From contig NC_087437.1 of NCBI RefSeq assembly GCF_036321535.1, forward strand, positions 109,742,001-109,806,000: DNA of 64,000 nt. Reading direction: 5' to 3'. The number at the start of each line of letters is the position of its first letter. The first letter of the stretch is position 1. The notes below the pieces were generated by a model. That model searched no databases, was not told the origin of the DNA, and saw nothing but the letters and a program-made list of their open reading frames with translations. Origin of the DNA: Camelus dromedarius (lineage: Eukaryota). A program made the position numbers and the translations under genes. Shown one piece after another: positions 12,560 through 25,722 of the stretch.

Positions 12560-15500
12560 TTTATTCATTAATTAAACAAATAAATACGTATCAGTGAAAG
12601 TCTATTTTTTCTTAGATCACATTCTAAATTCTGAGATACAACAGAAAAATCATACAGTTACCACATCTCGTAACTTGCAGTGGACTTAGGAAATATAAAT
12701 ATTTCTCACTATCCAAACTCACTCTGTCCTCAGTTTCCAAAGTCTCCTTTTCTGAATTCAAAAACTGTCCTCAAAAGAAGGTGATAACAGTTACTGAAAT
12801 GAATAGTGTAGTGGAAATGTGCACTCAGGTTATTCATTTATCTAAAGTTAATAGTAAATTAGTAACTGAAAGAAGGTGTGGAACACAAAGGTCGTGCCTA
12901 ATGTGAGATAATTCTCAAAAAAAAAAAAGGAAAAAATTATCCTCATTTGATTGTATTTTTTTTTAAATCTTCAGGTGATTTCCTCACAACTGATGTCTTG
13001 TTACTCACTAGACAAATCACAGTAACCTGTGTTATCCCTACCCACATTAATAAACAAAATATATTTTGATTTATTAACCTTATTTGAACAATAAGAGATA
13101 TTTGTGTATAATCCGTTAGCTTTCAATAAATGCTTTGGTGATAAACAAAGCAGAGTATGAGAGAAGAGAAGCAATTTCAAGAGTAGGGATGAGAGACTGA
13201 CATTTTATATAAGGCATAATAGAAGGTGACATTTGAGAATATGACATTTGAATAAAGAAACTGAGGGAGTGATTTACAAGGCTATCTGGGTGGGGTGGGA
13301 GTAGGGAGGTGGCATTCCTGGTTGAGTGAACATCAAGTATAAAGTTCCTGAGTCAAACTGAATCCCTGTGTTCTAACAACAGTGTTGATACAGCTCTACT
13401 GATGTAATGGAAGAAGATTGCCAGCAGGTGATGTCAGAGAGGTTTGAGGGGGTTAGGATTGCAAAAGACCTGAGAACCCACTATAAAAATGGAAAAGGAA
13501 GCCAATGAAGGGTTTAGGACAGAGAAGAAATATATACTTATTTTACTTAACTAACCCTGTATGCCAGACATTATCGTAAACTTTTTACAAATATCAAATA
13601 ACTTATTCTTCATTGCAACTTTAATGTTTATCACATTTTATTTCTGTTTTATAGATAAATAAACAGAAGCCCAGAAAGACTGTGACCCAGGCCAGTTTAC
13701 ATGGCTGGAAGGTGGCAGAGTGTAGAATGTCTTTTTCTAGAGTTCAGCTGTTGACCATGAGTTTAGGATGCCTCTTTGACCTGACCTTGATTTTAGAGGT
13801 AATTCTGGCTGCTGAGTTGAGAACTGTTCATAGAGAAACAATGATAAAAGCAAGGAGACCAGTTCAGAGGCTGCTGTTAAAATCTAGGCAAGAGAAAACA
13901 ATGGTATGGATAAAGTGTTAGTGGTGATGGAGAAACATGTTGGCCAGATTCAGGATACATTTTAAAAATGAAACTATCAGAAATTATTCAAGTATTAGAT
14001 GGATCCAAGAATAATTCTAAAGTTTGTGAACTAAGTTGTCAAAAGAGTAGAATTACCATGCGCTGGATGGTGGTGGAAATGTAAAGCGTAAGGTGCTTAT
14101 TGTATCTTTAATAGGAAACAGTTATATATATGATTATGGAGATCAGGGGAGAGTTCTGGCTGGAAATACACATGTCAATCTTTAGAGCTCAGATGACATA
14201 GAAATCCATGAGAATGGAGGAGAACATTTTGGGAGTTATTATTGAAAGAAATAAGAAGTCCAAGAACCCCAATATTTAGAAGATTGGCAGATGAGGAGAA
14301 CCTTTTGCTTCCCCTCAAAAAGAGGGCAGGGAGTTGAATAAGAAGGTATACCTAGAAGGTAGGAGGCAAAAAGCCAAGACAGAGTGGATGGGAAGTTAAA
14401 TGAAGGGATATTTAAAATAAATGTGAGTGACTGAGTGACACCAACTGATAGATCAAATGAGATGGAGACTGAGAACTAATCCCTGGATTAAGCAATATTA
14501 GAGATCTTCATAAAAGCTGTTGTTGCTTTTTTTAAGTAGTAGGAGTGAAAGCCTGCTTGGAGTGAATATAAAAAGGAATGACATGGGTGGAACTTCACAC
14601 AGCAGATATTTTCAGGTATTTGCAAAAAAAAAAAAAAAAAAACGGTTGGGAAGGTAGAATGTGGTATCAGATCAGAGGAGAATATTTTCTCACATATTTG
14701 TACATTTATGGCAATGATTCGGTCAAGAAGGTAAAACTAATAATGTAAGAGAGGCAGAAGAACACTTCTTGAGCTACTCCCTTAAGTAGGCAAGATGAGA
14801 TGTAGGCTCCAAATACAGGGGCTCTTAGATGGAAAAATAGTTTATTACATGTACAAAGGGAAACAGTATATGGACACACGCAGGTAGATGTGAACTGTGA
14901 TCTAGAAAGTTTGTGAATTATTTCCCCATATCTTCATTTTTTTTTCTCAGTGGAGCAAGACTGTCAGCTGGAGTGAAGATGGAAGAGGAGATGGTGGTGG
15001 CTAACTTCATAATTTAGTTCCTAGGTTATGTGAAACCAAGATGAGGTTGTGACCTAACTAAGGAGAAATAAATGTCACCAAGGTATGAAGGTAGTAAGTC
15101 TCTGGATCTCCTGTTGTGATGATAGGACAAGTGCCCAGTTGTGTTACATTAAGTGAGAACACGTTATGTTTGACTGGAGAAAAGAGTTCACATGAGGAAG
15201 TCTTAGAGAAGTCAAGTTCAAAAAGTAAGCAAAGGTCAAATAACTAAGCACTTACTGTCATTTGACAAGAAGTTTGCACTTTATCCTGTAATCCAGGAGG
15301 AAATTTGGAAGATTTTAAACTGGGAGGTGACATGGTTAGATTTTCATTTTTAAAAGAAAAGATGAATCTATTGCAGATAAAAGATTTAAAAAAGAGAAGG
15401 CTGGAAATAAAATCAATTGAAGTGATAACGCCATAATTCATGAGACTGATTTGAAAGATCCACCTAAGAGACTGTCTGTAGAGCTAGAGGCAGAAACAGC

Positions 15501-16680
15501 TTCAAGATATATTGAGGGTGAAGACATAATGTGGATGATTGATTGACATAGAGATTAAGGAAAGGTGAGGGATCAAGGAAGTTTCCTTGAATGGCTGTCT
15601 TTTGTGACTCAGTGGAAAGTGATGCTGTTCAACAAGCTAGAGATACAGTGAGAAGAGCAAGACAGAGGATAACAACAATTAGTCCTCTTAGGTGTAGGTG
15701 GAGTTGATAGTGTATAAAGGATGTGTAGATGGAGACAGCAATGTAAATCTGAAGCTCTGGAAAATAGTCTGGATGATGAAAGAGACTTAAAAGGTTTTAG
15801 TTCATTGGTGCATTTGAAATAATTGGTGTAGATGAAATGCCTGAGAAGGAAAGTAAAATACAAGGAGAAGAAGACCAAAAAGAAAAAAGTAAATTTTGGT
15901 GAACATAACATTAAGAAGCCATTAGAAACAAATATATGTATGTATATGTATGACTGAAACATTATTCTATACACCAGAAATTGACACACTGTAACTGACA
16001 CATTGAAACTGACTGTATTTCAATTAAAAAAAAAAAAGAAGAAGAAGCTGTTGCAGGGAAAAAAGCCAATTGAAGATGACCAGAAAGGAATGATGAGAAA
16101 ATAAAAAACAAAGAAATGAGGAATTTAGAGGAGAATTATTATTTGTGGGTGTTGAGTGCAACCTGGCAATGGTGCTGAGTAAACACTGAAAGGTGCCCTT
16201 TGGATTTGATCATTTCCCCATCAGTGATCTCCCTGGTATGGGGGGTGGAGAGTGGAAGTCAGTTTGCAATTAGTAGGAAAGTGAATGAGAAGGTAAGAAG
16301 AATAGAGAACAATGGTAAATTTAGAATAATTTTGACTATGGAGAGAAGAAAAATCGGATGAGAGAAAAAGAGTCAAGAAAAAAATTTTAATGATGAAATA
16401 AAGCTGAGTATATGCATATGCTCACAAAGGAAAGAGAGAGAGAAATGAAAGATTCATCACACAAGGGGAACAACTGATGGATGAGGCCTGGACAAAATTG
16501 GAAGGAGGAAAGGTCTGTAACATATGTAGAGAGATTAGCCATGAGCAAGAGCAGCTATTCTCTTTATCTGAGATGAGAAGTGAGGGGTAAGTGTATATGG
16601 AGCAAAGACTCATGATAGAGGGGGAAAGTTGATAATTCTGAAAAACGAAGAGCTAAGGTAGAGAAGAAGGCAGTAAAACC
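12560..16680 (-). mobile_element. Cluster of ancient L2 fragments with embedded MIR
   Basis: Purine-rich antisense L2-like sequence (gaaggtgacatttgag, aggagaccagttcagaggctgctg, gagatggagactgagaac...ctggattaagcaa); boundaries approximate. Confidence 0.6.
15925..16037 (+). mobile_element. Short 5'-truncated L1 3' end
   Basis: tatgactgaaacattattctatacaccagaaattgacaca...tcaatt followed by poly(A); aagaagc on both flanks. Confidence 0.75.
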
Positions 16681-17485
16681 AGTCTAATAGTCCGGGAGTC
16701 AAAAGAGAAATGCAGAAACTGGATGAGGGCAGAACCGAAAGTAAGTGTAGTCAGCAGGCAACAGCTGTAACAATTTGTTTTTCACACAGCTATCATAATT
16801 TTCTTCTTTGCCTGCATTCTGACCTCTTCCTGGTGACTTCAACGTAATTGTGATTGATCCATCAGCATCCATCCTCTTAAAACTTTGACCTCTTTCTCCC
16901 CGGTAACCTTGCTGTCCTCTCTGTCTGAGCAGGCCTGATTTGCCTTTGTGACCCCAGACTAGCTCATGGTACGGCATGAGTGAGCCCTCAGTATAAATGG
17001 ACACACCAATAAGACCATCAATGAAAGGGTGGAATTAGAAAGCGGGGATAGAATAAAATACTGTTAAGATTTATGAATGAAGTCTCTCACTCTATTGTTA
17101 GACGGTTAGCCCCAGAATTTTAAAATATCTTTCCACTTAGCATTATTCCTGCACGAACTACTTGCTAATACCTTGAAAAATTCAATAGTATTTTTGGTTA
17201 AGGCTTCACCAGTTAGTCAGATGTAGAAAATATTTCAATAATGTAGTTGTTATAAACGTGTTTCTCACTTTTCAATAAATGAACAGAAATTGAATGCATG
17301 CATATTTTGAGAGTTTTCATTGAAAATATGAAAACATTTGTCAATAAATGAAGAAAAAATATTACTCTATGTTTGTTTATTAATCATGTTTGGCATAATT
17401 TTCAACTGTGAAAATTCAAATAATAATATGAAATGATATTCTAAATTATTCTAGTTTACCTAATGATCTGAAATACTTAGTTAAA

Positions 17486-17773
17486 GATAATTGATTTCTT
17501 GATTATGTGTAAGTACATTTGACTGTCCTTTATGATTGGATTACCACATTCTGTTGATTCTTATTTTGTAGCTGGCTTTATTCCTTTGATAACTGTGTAA
17601 GTTTAAAAAGCTAAAGCTCTGATCTGTTCTTAGAAACAATAATTAGTACATATATCCAAACTAAAAAAGTACAGTATACTGTATGTATGCATTTACATGC
17701 AATATAATGTGTATGTGCAATTAAACTGTAATAATTCTACCTAATAAAACTGAAAAAGAGAAAAAAATAAATA
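17486..17773 (+). mobile_element. TSD-flanked A-tailed retro-insertion of unrecognised AT-rich sequence
   Basis: Perfect 15-bp direct repeat aaatacttagttaaa at 17471-17485 and 17774-17788; ATTAAA 17720-17725, AATAAA 17743-17748, A-rich tail 17753-17773. Confidence 0.7.
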
Positions 17774-18755
17774 AAATACTTAGTTAAAATATTAGGAAGC
17801 TAAAAAGAAAATCTATGAAGAGCCATTAACTCTAGTGAAACACTTTCATTATATTTATAACTGTCATTTCCAGTGTTTTAAACAGAAGTTGTTTTTGGTC
17901 TGTTTTATGAATGTATAAATTTAAGAATGTATATATATATCAAATCTTTAGATAGTTCAAAAGCCTCTGACTCATTCCTAATAAAAAAATAAATGAGATA
18001 TTCTTAAAATATGAACAACTATGTACATAAGTGGAAAACTGTGATAAATACCAGTTAGCGTCAAACAAAGACGTTCTGAGCAGGAAAAACATGATACAAT
18101 GAACAAGTTCTCCCAGAGTATTTAAAAACAACTGGCTGGGAAAGCCGTGTTTCTCTGACATCATGCCTTCTACATGCAGTCATTATCTATTAGGTCATCT
18201 GCATTCATTTTTCAGGTTAACCAGGAAACCAGGATTGCCTGAAGGAGGGCTTGCGTCATGTACAACAGGAAGTTTGAACCGTAGCCAGACATACAATTAA
18301 GATATTCCAGTATTGCTATTATTCTTGGTTCAGCAAATATCACGAGCATAAGTTCTCAGTAGGAGAAATACAACAAACACTTCATGTTTTAACTCATAGA
18401 GTTAATATTATCATAGTTCCTGTTTTAATATTTGATAGAGTTTTCATAACATTTTATAGAGTTTTCATCAAAAATACTTTATGTTTTCACTAATAAATTC
18501 TTAATGTTATGATTTTAAGAGACAGGGATGTAGATAAGGAAAAGTTGTTGTCTATGCTTACCAGCTACCATTTTCATGAAATTTGAGTACTAAAGAAAAT
18601 AATTGCATTTATGTGTTTACTACAATTGGTCCATGTTTACCTAGGTCTCAACCCCCTCCATTTTAGGGTATAAATAAAGATATACTTATATTCCATAGCT
18701 CAGTAAGCATATTATCTTACTAAGAAAAATCTCTATTCTAAAAAAAATGACATGA

Positions 18756-18821
18756 AAAATAAAATCATGGTAAAGTTAAAAAGTAATTAAAATAAAATCA
18801 TGGTAAAGTTAAAAAGTAATT
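18756..18821. repeat. Perfect 33-bp tandem duplication
   Basis: aaaataaaatcatggtaaagttaaaaagtaatt twice (18756-18788, 18789-18821). Confidence 0.95.
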
Positions 18822-20414
18822 CAGAATGCAGTGTGGCAGTAGAGACATCTCTGTTGTAACAGTTCACCTGCCTGAGTTAAGGCATCCTTCACATGGGGTG
18901 GACCCACTGAGGCAGCACCTGGTCAAGTCCCATGGAAGCATCTCTTGGACCCTCTTCATGAATTTCTGAGGCAGAGGATGTGACTCGCATTACCTTCCAT
19001 GGGAGACGCTGTTCATAATTGGGGCAGTGCTTCTTAATTACCAAATCTTTCAGTTAGATTGATTCTGCTATGCTTGTTAAAAACTGCTCGGGTAACTAAA
19101 AGAGAGTGACTCTGGGTATCTCATGCTAGAAAGAATTATATCCCCCTAAAGTCAGTGAAACTTCAAAATGGCAGAAACTGTGCCCTGGAGGTCCAGCCCA
19201 GCCAGTCCTTGAGTCCCTGGCTGATTGCAGATCTTCCTTTAGTTCTGTCAGATCCCTCAGAAACTCTCTTGGCTACAGAAGCCAGTGAAGTAGAGGTAAG
19301 GCATGAAAGTAGGTGGGGGTAGCACTTACACGTCTTCATATATTTGAGTAATGTCATTAACAAATTGATGCAAGAATGTTACCTAAAACAGAGATTCATC
19401 TGATGTGTGCACCAGTCCTCTTAATCAATTATATTAAAATAATGACTCTTGATTCAATACAAACAGAATCTAGGGCTGATGAGACAACACTTTGGTCACT
19501 AATGTGTTATTTCAGGTCCTCATGGAAGACGTTCAGTAAGGAGTGAGTGAATGTGTATTTACTCACCTTTAGTGGTGTGGAACTCACAGTCTCACAAAGC
19601 AGGGTATTTTTTTAGTGTTTTTAATTATGTCAAAAATTTCTTACTCATACTGAGCTGAAAGTGTTGCTTTGTGATTTGATGCTAACACTATTCCTGGGAT
19701 CAACATAGGACTCAAGTTCCATTACAGAGTCTATTTCTTTGGGCACATAAAATTTTTGAAATTTTTGGAAACAGCTCTCATATTTCTTCAAATGATCTCT
19801 CCTCCAAGGTAAATATTCTCAGTTATTCTAAACATTTCTCAAATACACAGACCATAGAACCAGATATCAGGTATCATATTTGGGTAAATTTGGCCGTAGG
19901 CAACTGAATTATTCATTTCCAATTCCAACTCCACAGGTGCTAAATAACTTAGATCTTTGGGTATATTAAAACTTGATTGAATTAACCAAAAATAATAGTT
20001 ATAGTTTCTGATTTTTAACGTAGACTCATTGGAGAAAGCTTGATAATTTAAGACAAGCATCCTGAAAAGATTTACCATTGAAAGTGTTAGTTACATAAAC
20101 ATGATGTAACTGCCTTAAGGTTGTAAAAGGGAGAACTCAAAGGTTATAGCTCAGACCTCTTCTCTGTAGCAGACTTATAGTTCAGTCCAGTCTTCCAACC
20201 TCTCCAAACTCTATCACAGCCCCAGACAAATGACTAAAACCTCTACTGCAGCTAGGTCATCTGATTTTCTTCCTTCTTTCGCTTTTCCTCATCCAGTGTC
20301 TTTGTGTCTGACTCTTTGTCTTTTATAAATATTCCACTATGTATAAAATTCTGGATTTTTAAAGGATACTGATTTTCAAATATGCAATGTACCAAATAAA
20401 TCAGATTCAACCCC

Positions 20415-20873
20415 TGTGTTAATTATCTTTAACAAATCACTCCCAAACTTAGCAGCTTAAAGCAGCACACCTTTATTATCTCACGGTCTCTGTGGGTCAG
20501 GAGTCCGGGAGAAGCTCAGCTGAGTGGTTCTGGCTCAGCTCTCTCTCCTGAGGATGCAAGCTGCCTCTGGGGCTGCAGTCTCATCCTGAGCTTCACCTAT
20601 GGCTAGAGAAGCTCTCTTCAAGTTCCTTGAAGGCTTTTGGCCAAAGGAGGTTTCACTGTGTAGCACCTGGGCTTCCATACAGCTGCTTACAAAGTGGCAG
20701 CGTGTCTCTCCCAACGTGGCCCAGATGGAAGGCCCATGCTTCTATAACCTACTCTCTGGAGTGACATCTCAACATGTCTTCACTGGTCACAAAGCCCACC
20801 TCTGGGACCATGTGGGACAGGGCTACTCCAGGGTGTGAATAGCAGGAGGGCTGCCTTGGAGGCTGGTGACCCC
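20415..20873 (-). mobile_element. MaLR LTR (MLT1F/G-like)
   Basis: aacaaatcactcccaaacttagcagcttaaagcagcacacctttattatctcacggtctctgtgggtcaggag ... gggtgtgaatagcaggagg ... ttggaggctgg. Confidence 0.75.
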
Positions 20874-21834
20874 AGAGCTGAACAAAATAATATTTTTAAC
20901 AATGTCAGGAGACCAGAAATCCATTTTAACTTGTTTTGATATGAAAGTCAGCTACTAAAAAGCATGTATTTCTTCTGTGATCTGAACCATGAAAGCATCT
21001 CCCTCCCCACAAAACTATATTCTCATAACTTGAAGACTGACAATGCATGGTTAAAAATAAAATATATGAAAATAACTCTTTTCACCAAAAAAGATAAATG
21101 TTTCCACCTATTAACTACTCTTGCAATATTTTTATAGTGATAATGCCCTGAGAAAAAACAAAATCATTTTATTTCTGGAATTTAAAGTTATTTAAAAGTT
21201 GGCAATGAAAAAGCTGAATCTTTAAAAGTAAATTCTTTTCTGAACTTTGATTTTTTTAATACCTAGCCTATATCAGAATTTAATTTATTTTGTTGGACAT
21301 TTTAAATGTGGGGGCAAATATTTATTGGGTCCTTGGGTTGTTTCAGGCATGCATTCTGCTTGGTACCTTACATGGGTCATCCTGTCCTTTAATCTCTACC
21401 TCAGATAACAGGAGCCAGGCCAACCACCACAAGGATGCAGCCAGCGGTATCCTTATCCAGATGATGCGCTGCATCATCCAAATGGCAGAAGACTCAGGTT
21501 TCCTGCTTGTAATCCTCAGGCGGGACTTTTGTCTCCACTCCCAGTTCACATGCTTGACAGTACACAGCCTCAGACTTGATCAGACTCCAGTATCAAAAAC
21601 GGAATCTTATGATTCATCTTTTTCATAATTCCATTTTAAATAGTTTTGAATCTTAACAGCACTAGTTGCATTTTAAATGGTTTCCTTTATATTCAATAAA
21701 ATATGGTTTGATTATCTGTGATCGCACTTCCTAACGGTACTTACGTGAATGGTATACAGCTTACATCTCCCACATCTCCACAGTCTGATATCCACAGAGA
21801 CAGAAGCAAATAGCAAATAGCAGCACGTGGTCAT

Positions 21835-22330
21835 TGTTATTTATTAAGCTGGCCAATAAATTTACCAAGTACCATGCTGGGCTTTAGAGCCAGAGGATTG
21901 GAAAAGACAGAATCCTCATCCTCCGTGAGCTTGCATTCCGTAAAATCAGCAGAGACATTTAAATCACAGATCCATTCATATTCTGGATAGTGCTACGAAG
22001 GATATAAAACAGGGTGCTGGGACAGAGAGTGATGGGAGGAGGCCTGTGTCAACAGCCATCCTGGAAGACATTTCTGATCATATAAGAGCTGAGGTGTGAC
22101 ATAAAAAGATGAGTATGAGTCTAACTTGTGATGAGCCCGGAACGGGCATCCAGACAGAGAGAACCACCAGGATAAAAATGAAAAAGCATTCTATGTGTTC
22201 GAGAATCACAAGGAAGGCAGAGCTATGTGTAACGAGCTAAGAAAACAACTAGAGGAGAGATTGGAGAAGTAGGCAGGGAGTGGGAAAGAGTAGATCAGAA
22301 GGCTGACACAATGAAATTTTAATTAAAAAA
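21835..22330 (-). mobile_element. L2 fragment
   Basis: Antisense L2 3' pattern (aagtaccatgctgggctttag...gacagaatcctcatcctccgtgagcttgcattc). Confidence 0.6.
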
Positions 22331-24574
22331 TGGAAAAAAAAATTCATCTGCCTATGCTAGGAATAGAAGGGACCAGCATGAAAGTCGTGAAGTAAGAGCT
22401 ACAAAAAATTCATTTATATCATTCAGCAACTTAATATTGAAAATTCTGTACTCACCTTGGGAAAGTCCAGAAAGAGTCTGAGAGAGGAAAGATTTGTGTT
22501 GAACGTTGAGGGATGGACAGATCTTACTGGGGGAAGGTGGGGATGGCAGAGAGAGGAGCATGTACAAGGGCTGGAAGCATGAGGCATCAAGGCAAAATTC
22601 AAGAATTACAAGGAAATGAGCATGACTTTAAATTTGGGGTGAGTTTCAGAACACTACGAGGTGACAGTATAAGGGTGAACTCATGAGACCCTTGGAGGCC
22701 AAGCTCTGGAATTTGAGCTTTATTCTGTAAAGGACGGAAAGCCAGTAAATAGCCCAAAGTAGAGACATAATCAGATTTCAGTCTTGGAAAAGAGTTGTGG
22801 TTAAAATGACAGTAGTAAATTGCAAAATATCAAGACTACAGGAAAAAAAAAAAAGATCAAGGAAAAAAAAAGAATCATCAGCAGACTACTTTATTCATCA
22901 AATTAAAATGAGGATGAAGATTTGGCTTCAAAGAATAGGAGATGGGTTCCAAAGATATTCAAGAGGAAGCATTAACAGGAACATAAACTCCATTAGAATG
23001 TGAGCTCAATAAAAACAGAGATTTTGACTATTATATTCATTGCTGTTATCTCCAAGGTCTAGGAAAGTACCTGTAACTTAGATAAGCTTAATGAAATATT
23101 TGTTGAATGAATGTATGGATGGACGAATAGTGACCAGTTAGGGACATCACACTCTTCTTTAATAAATATGTATTCACTAACTTGAAGAGATAGACGTCTG
23201 TCTATCTACCTATCTCTCTATTTCTTTCTCTATCCCTCTCTCTCTCTCCTATCACCTATCTCCATCAATCCATCCATCCACCCCGAGACTGGAAAGAGAG
23301 GATAGAAGAAATTTGTATAATTGCAAAGTGAAGACTAAAACTGAGAAATGAAGTTTAAGGTTCTCTTTGTAGGAAAATTCACAAGAAATGAGAAGAGATT
23401 CTGGAAATTGAAAAACTACAGATCATTTGGGGAGTTCGGTGGAGATGAGTGTAGAAAATTGGAGGCAGGCAAGAAAAGTGGTTGGTGAGAAAGTTTTGCT
23501 TATTCAAGTGATTGAAGAGCTTCTGCAATCAGGGTTATCTGATCTCAATTAATTTTTAAGATTGGTTTGAGTTTGCATTTTTTGCTACCTAAGCCCTCTC
23601 TATCAAACCCCTGGCATAATCTGCTACATACAAATTTCTCTGTGAGAGATTTGAATGGAGGTGAGAGATTAAGGAAAATGAATTGTAGTCCACATCTGAG
23701 TTAGCAAGAGAGAAAGAGAATCAGCCCCAAGGGTCCAATGTAAGATCTAGAGTTAAAGGTGTCTGTCTAATAAAAATGAAATCTTCAAATTTGCAAACAT
23801 CTTGGGGAGGGTGATGTGCTTTCCCTCCATCAAAAAATATGCTAGAAATTTCTTTCCAATTATATTTAATTCTCACCAGACAAATTAATTTTATTTAGTA
23901 TTTAAGTTACATATCTTAGTTTTTCCTTTAGGTAAATAAATATGTCTTGCAGTAATGTATGATGCTGGGTGTGTTTGTATATACGTGTGATGAGTGTCAG
24001 TGTTGAGCTTAAGGGGTTGATGTGATAAAGGAAGATAATTTTTTATCTGTAGGTCCCAGTAGTTCTTAATAAAAACAGATTCATACTGGCTGCCAAAATG
24101 CAGTCACACTCACAGCTCTGTGGTAGGCAAGGCTCCACCAAACCAGCCTGGACTCAAGGATCCAGGTCTGCTCAAGCCTAATCCAGGGGTAATTGCCATG
24201 GTTCCCTTCCCAAAGCCCTGCTCGTTTAAACCACTCCTCTAAATCAGACTCCTGTTTAAGCTATAATAACTCCAGCAGCAGTGACGCAATAGCAGTCTTT
24301 ATGGGCAGAGATCTAAAAACATCCATTTAAATTTGCTCTACTAGCTGCCATAAGTGGTTTCTGAAGATATGTGGATTGCAGTTTTGCACTCCAAATACTA
24401 AAATACAGAAGCAAATCCACTAAGAGTGAGGGAAGCAAGGATAAGGCTGGTTCAAAGGAACTCCTGAAATTCAGAGCGGATGGTTAGTCAGACTAACACC
24501 TTTGACAGCACCCACAAAGACCCACTCCCTGTGCTTCCAGATAATTGCAGTGTGAGGGAGAACACAGGCTTGCT

Positions 24575-24740
24575 GTTGCTTTCTTAAACTCTAAGGTGTG
24601 TAGAAAAGATGACTCTGGGGTGTGTGTAAGACAGAAGATCCTGAGCTCCATCACAGATAATCTGACTAAGTGAATCAGAGGTGGGCTGCAAGAATGTCCA
24701 TGTTTAACAAGTATCTTAGGTATTTCTGATGCTGTCATTT
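24575..24740. mobile_element. MER5A-like hAT DNA transposon
   Basis: ttcttaaactc ... tctgactaagtgaatcagaggtggg ... tgtttaacaagtatcttaggtatttctgatgc. Confidence 0.6.
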
Positions 24741-25004
24741 TAGGAAAAGTTCGGCAGACAGTGAGGTTTCAGAAACTTAGAGGGCAGATTTATTCCATCA
24801 TTTCCCAAAATACTTCCTCATTAGCCCACTAAGGGTTGAAATTCCTTTAAGGGCAGGCACATACTATCAATCTACATTTCAGAGATGAAGATCTGTCTGG
24901 TAGTTTCCAGATCTACTGTGGTCTAATTGTCTCACAGTATCCTGTCCCAAGTCCACATTGCAGGCGTTGTGGAGAATGTTCTCTGAAAATAAGAAGACTG
25001 CCTT

Positions 25005-25722
25005 GTTAGCTAGGGTTCTCCATAAAAACAAGACCACTGGGATATCTCTCACATATATATATATATGCATGCATCATATATATTATATGTATTTATTATA
25101 AAAAATTGGCTCAGGCAATTGTGGAAGTTAAGAAATCCCACAATCTGCCATCCTCAAGTAAGAGTGCTGGGAAAGTCAAGTCCTCTGAAGACCTGAGAAC
25201 CAGGAGTACAGATGCTACAAATCCTAATCTAAAAGGATACCCATGTCCCAGCTCAACAGACAGGATTTCAAAATTGTAGAATAGATAAACAAGATTATAC
25301 TGTATAGTACTGGAAATATACACAAGATCTTATGGTAGCTCACAGTGAAAAAAATGTGACAATGAATATATATATGTTCATGTATAACTGAAAAATTGTG
25401 CTCTACACTAGAATTTGACACAACATTGTAAAATGATTATAAATCAATAAAAAATGTTTAAAAAAAAAAAACAGTCAAGCAGAAAAAGAAAAAAGAGAGA
25501 GACAAATTCTTCCTTCCTCCATATTTGGTTGTAGTCTGGACCTCAGTGGATTGAATGATGTCCACCCTCATCGGGGAGAGTGAGATCTGCTTTACTAAAC
25601 CCACCAATTCAAATGCTAATCTCGTCTGGAAACACCCTCACAGATACGCTCAGAAATAATGTTTAGCTAAATATCTAGGCACCCTCTGACCTAGTAAGTT
25701 GACACATAAAATTAATCATCAC
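25005..25722 (-). mobile_element. MLT2 (ERVL) solo LTR, interrupted by a young L1
   Basis: tagggttctcc ... aattggctcaggcaattgtgga ... caagttgacacataaaattaatcatcaca-like end (reverse of the MLT2 5' end). Confidence 0.85.
25265..25470 (+). mobile_element. Young L1 3' end nested in MLT2
   Basis: gaatagataaacaagattatactgtatag ... gaatttgacacaacattgtaaaatgattataaatcaataaaaaatg plus poly(A); imperfect TSD aacagacagg/aacagtcaag; same type as 48228-49025. Confidence 0.85.

Noticed and set aside
21460..21478. 8-bp hairpin gatgatgc-gct-gcatcatc
   Set aside because: Short enough to arise by chance in 64 kb.
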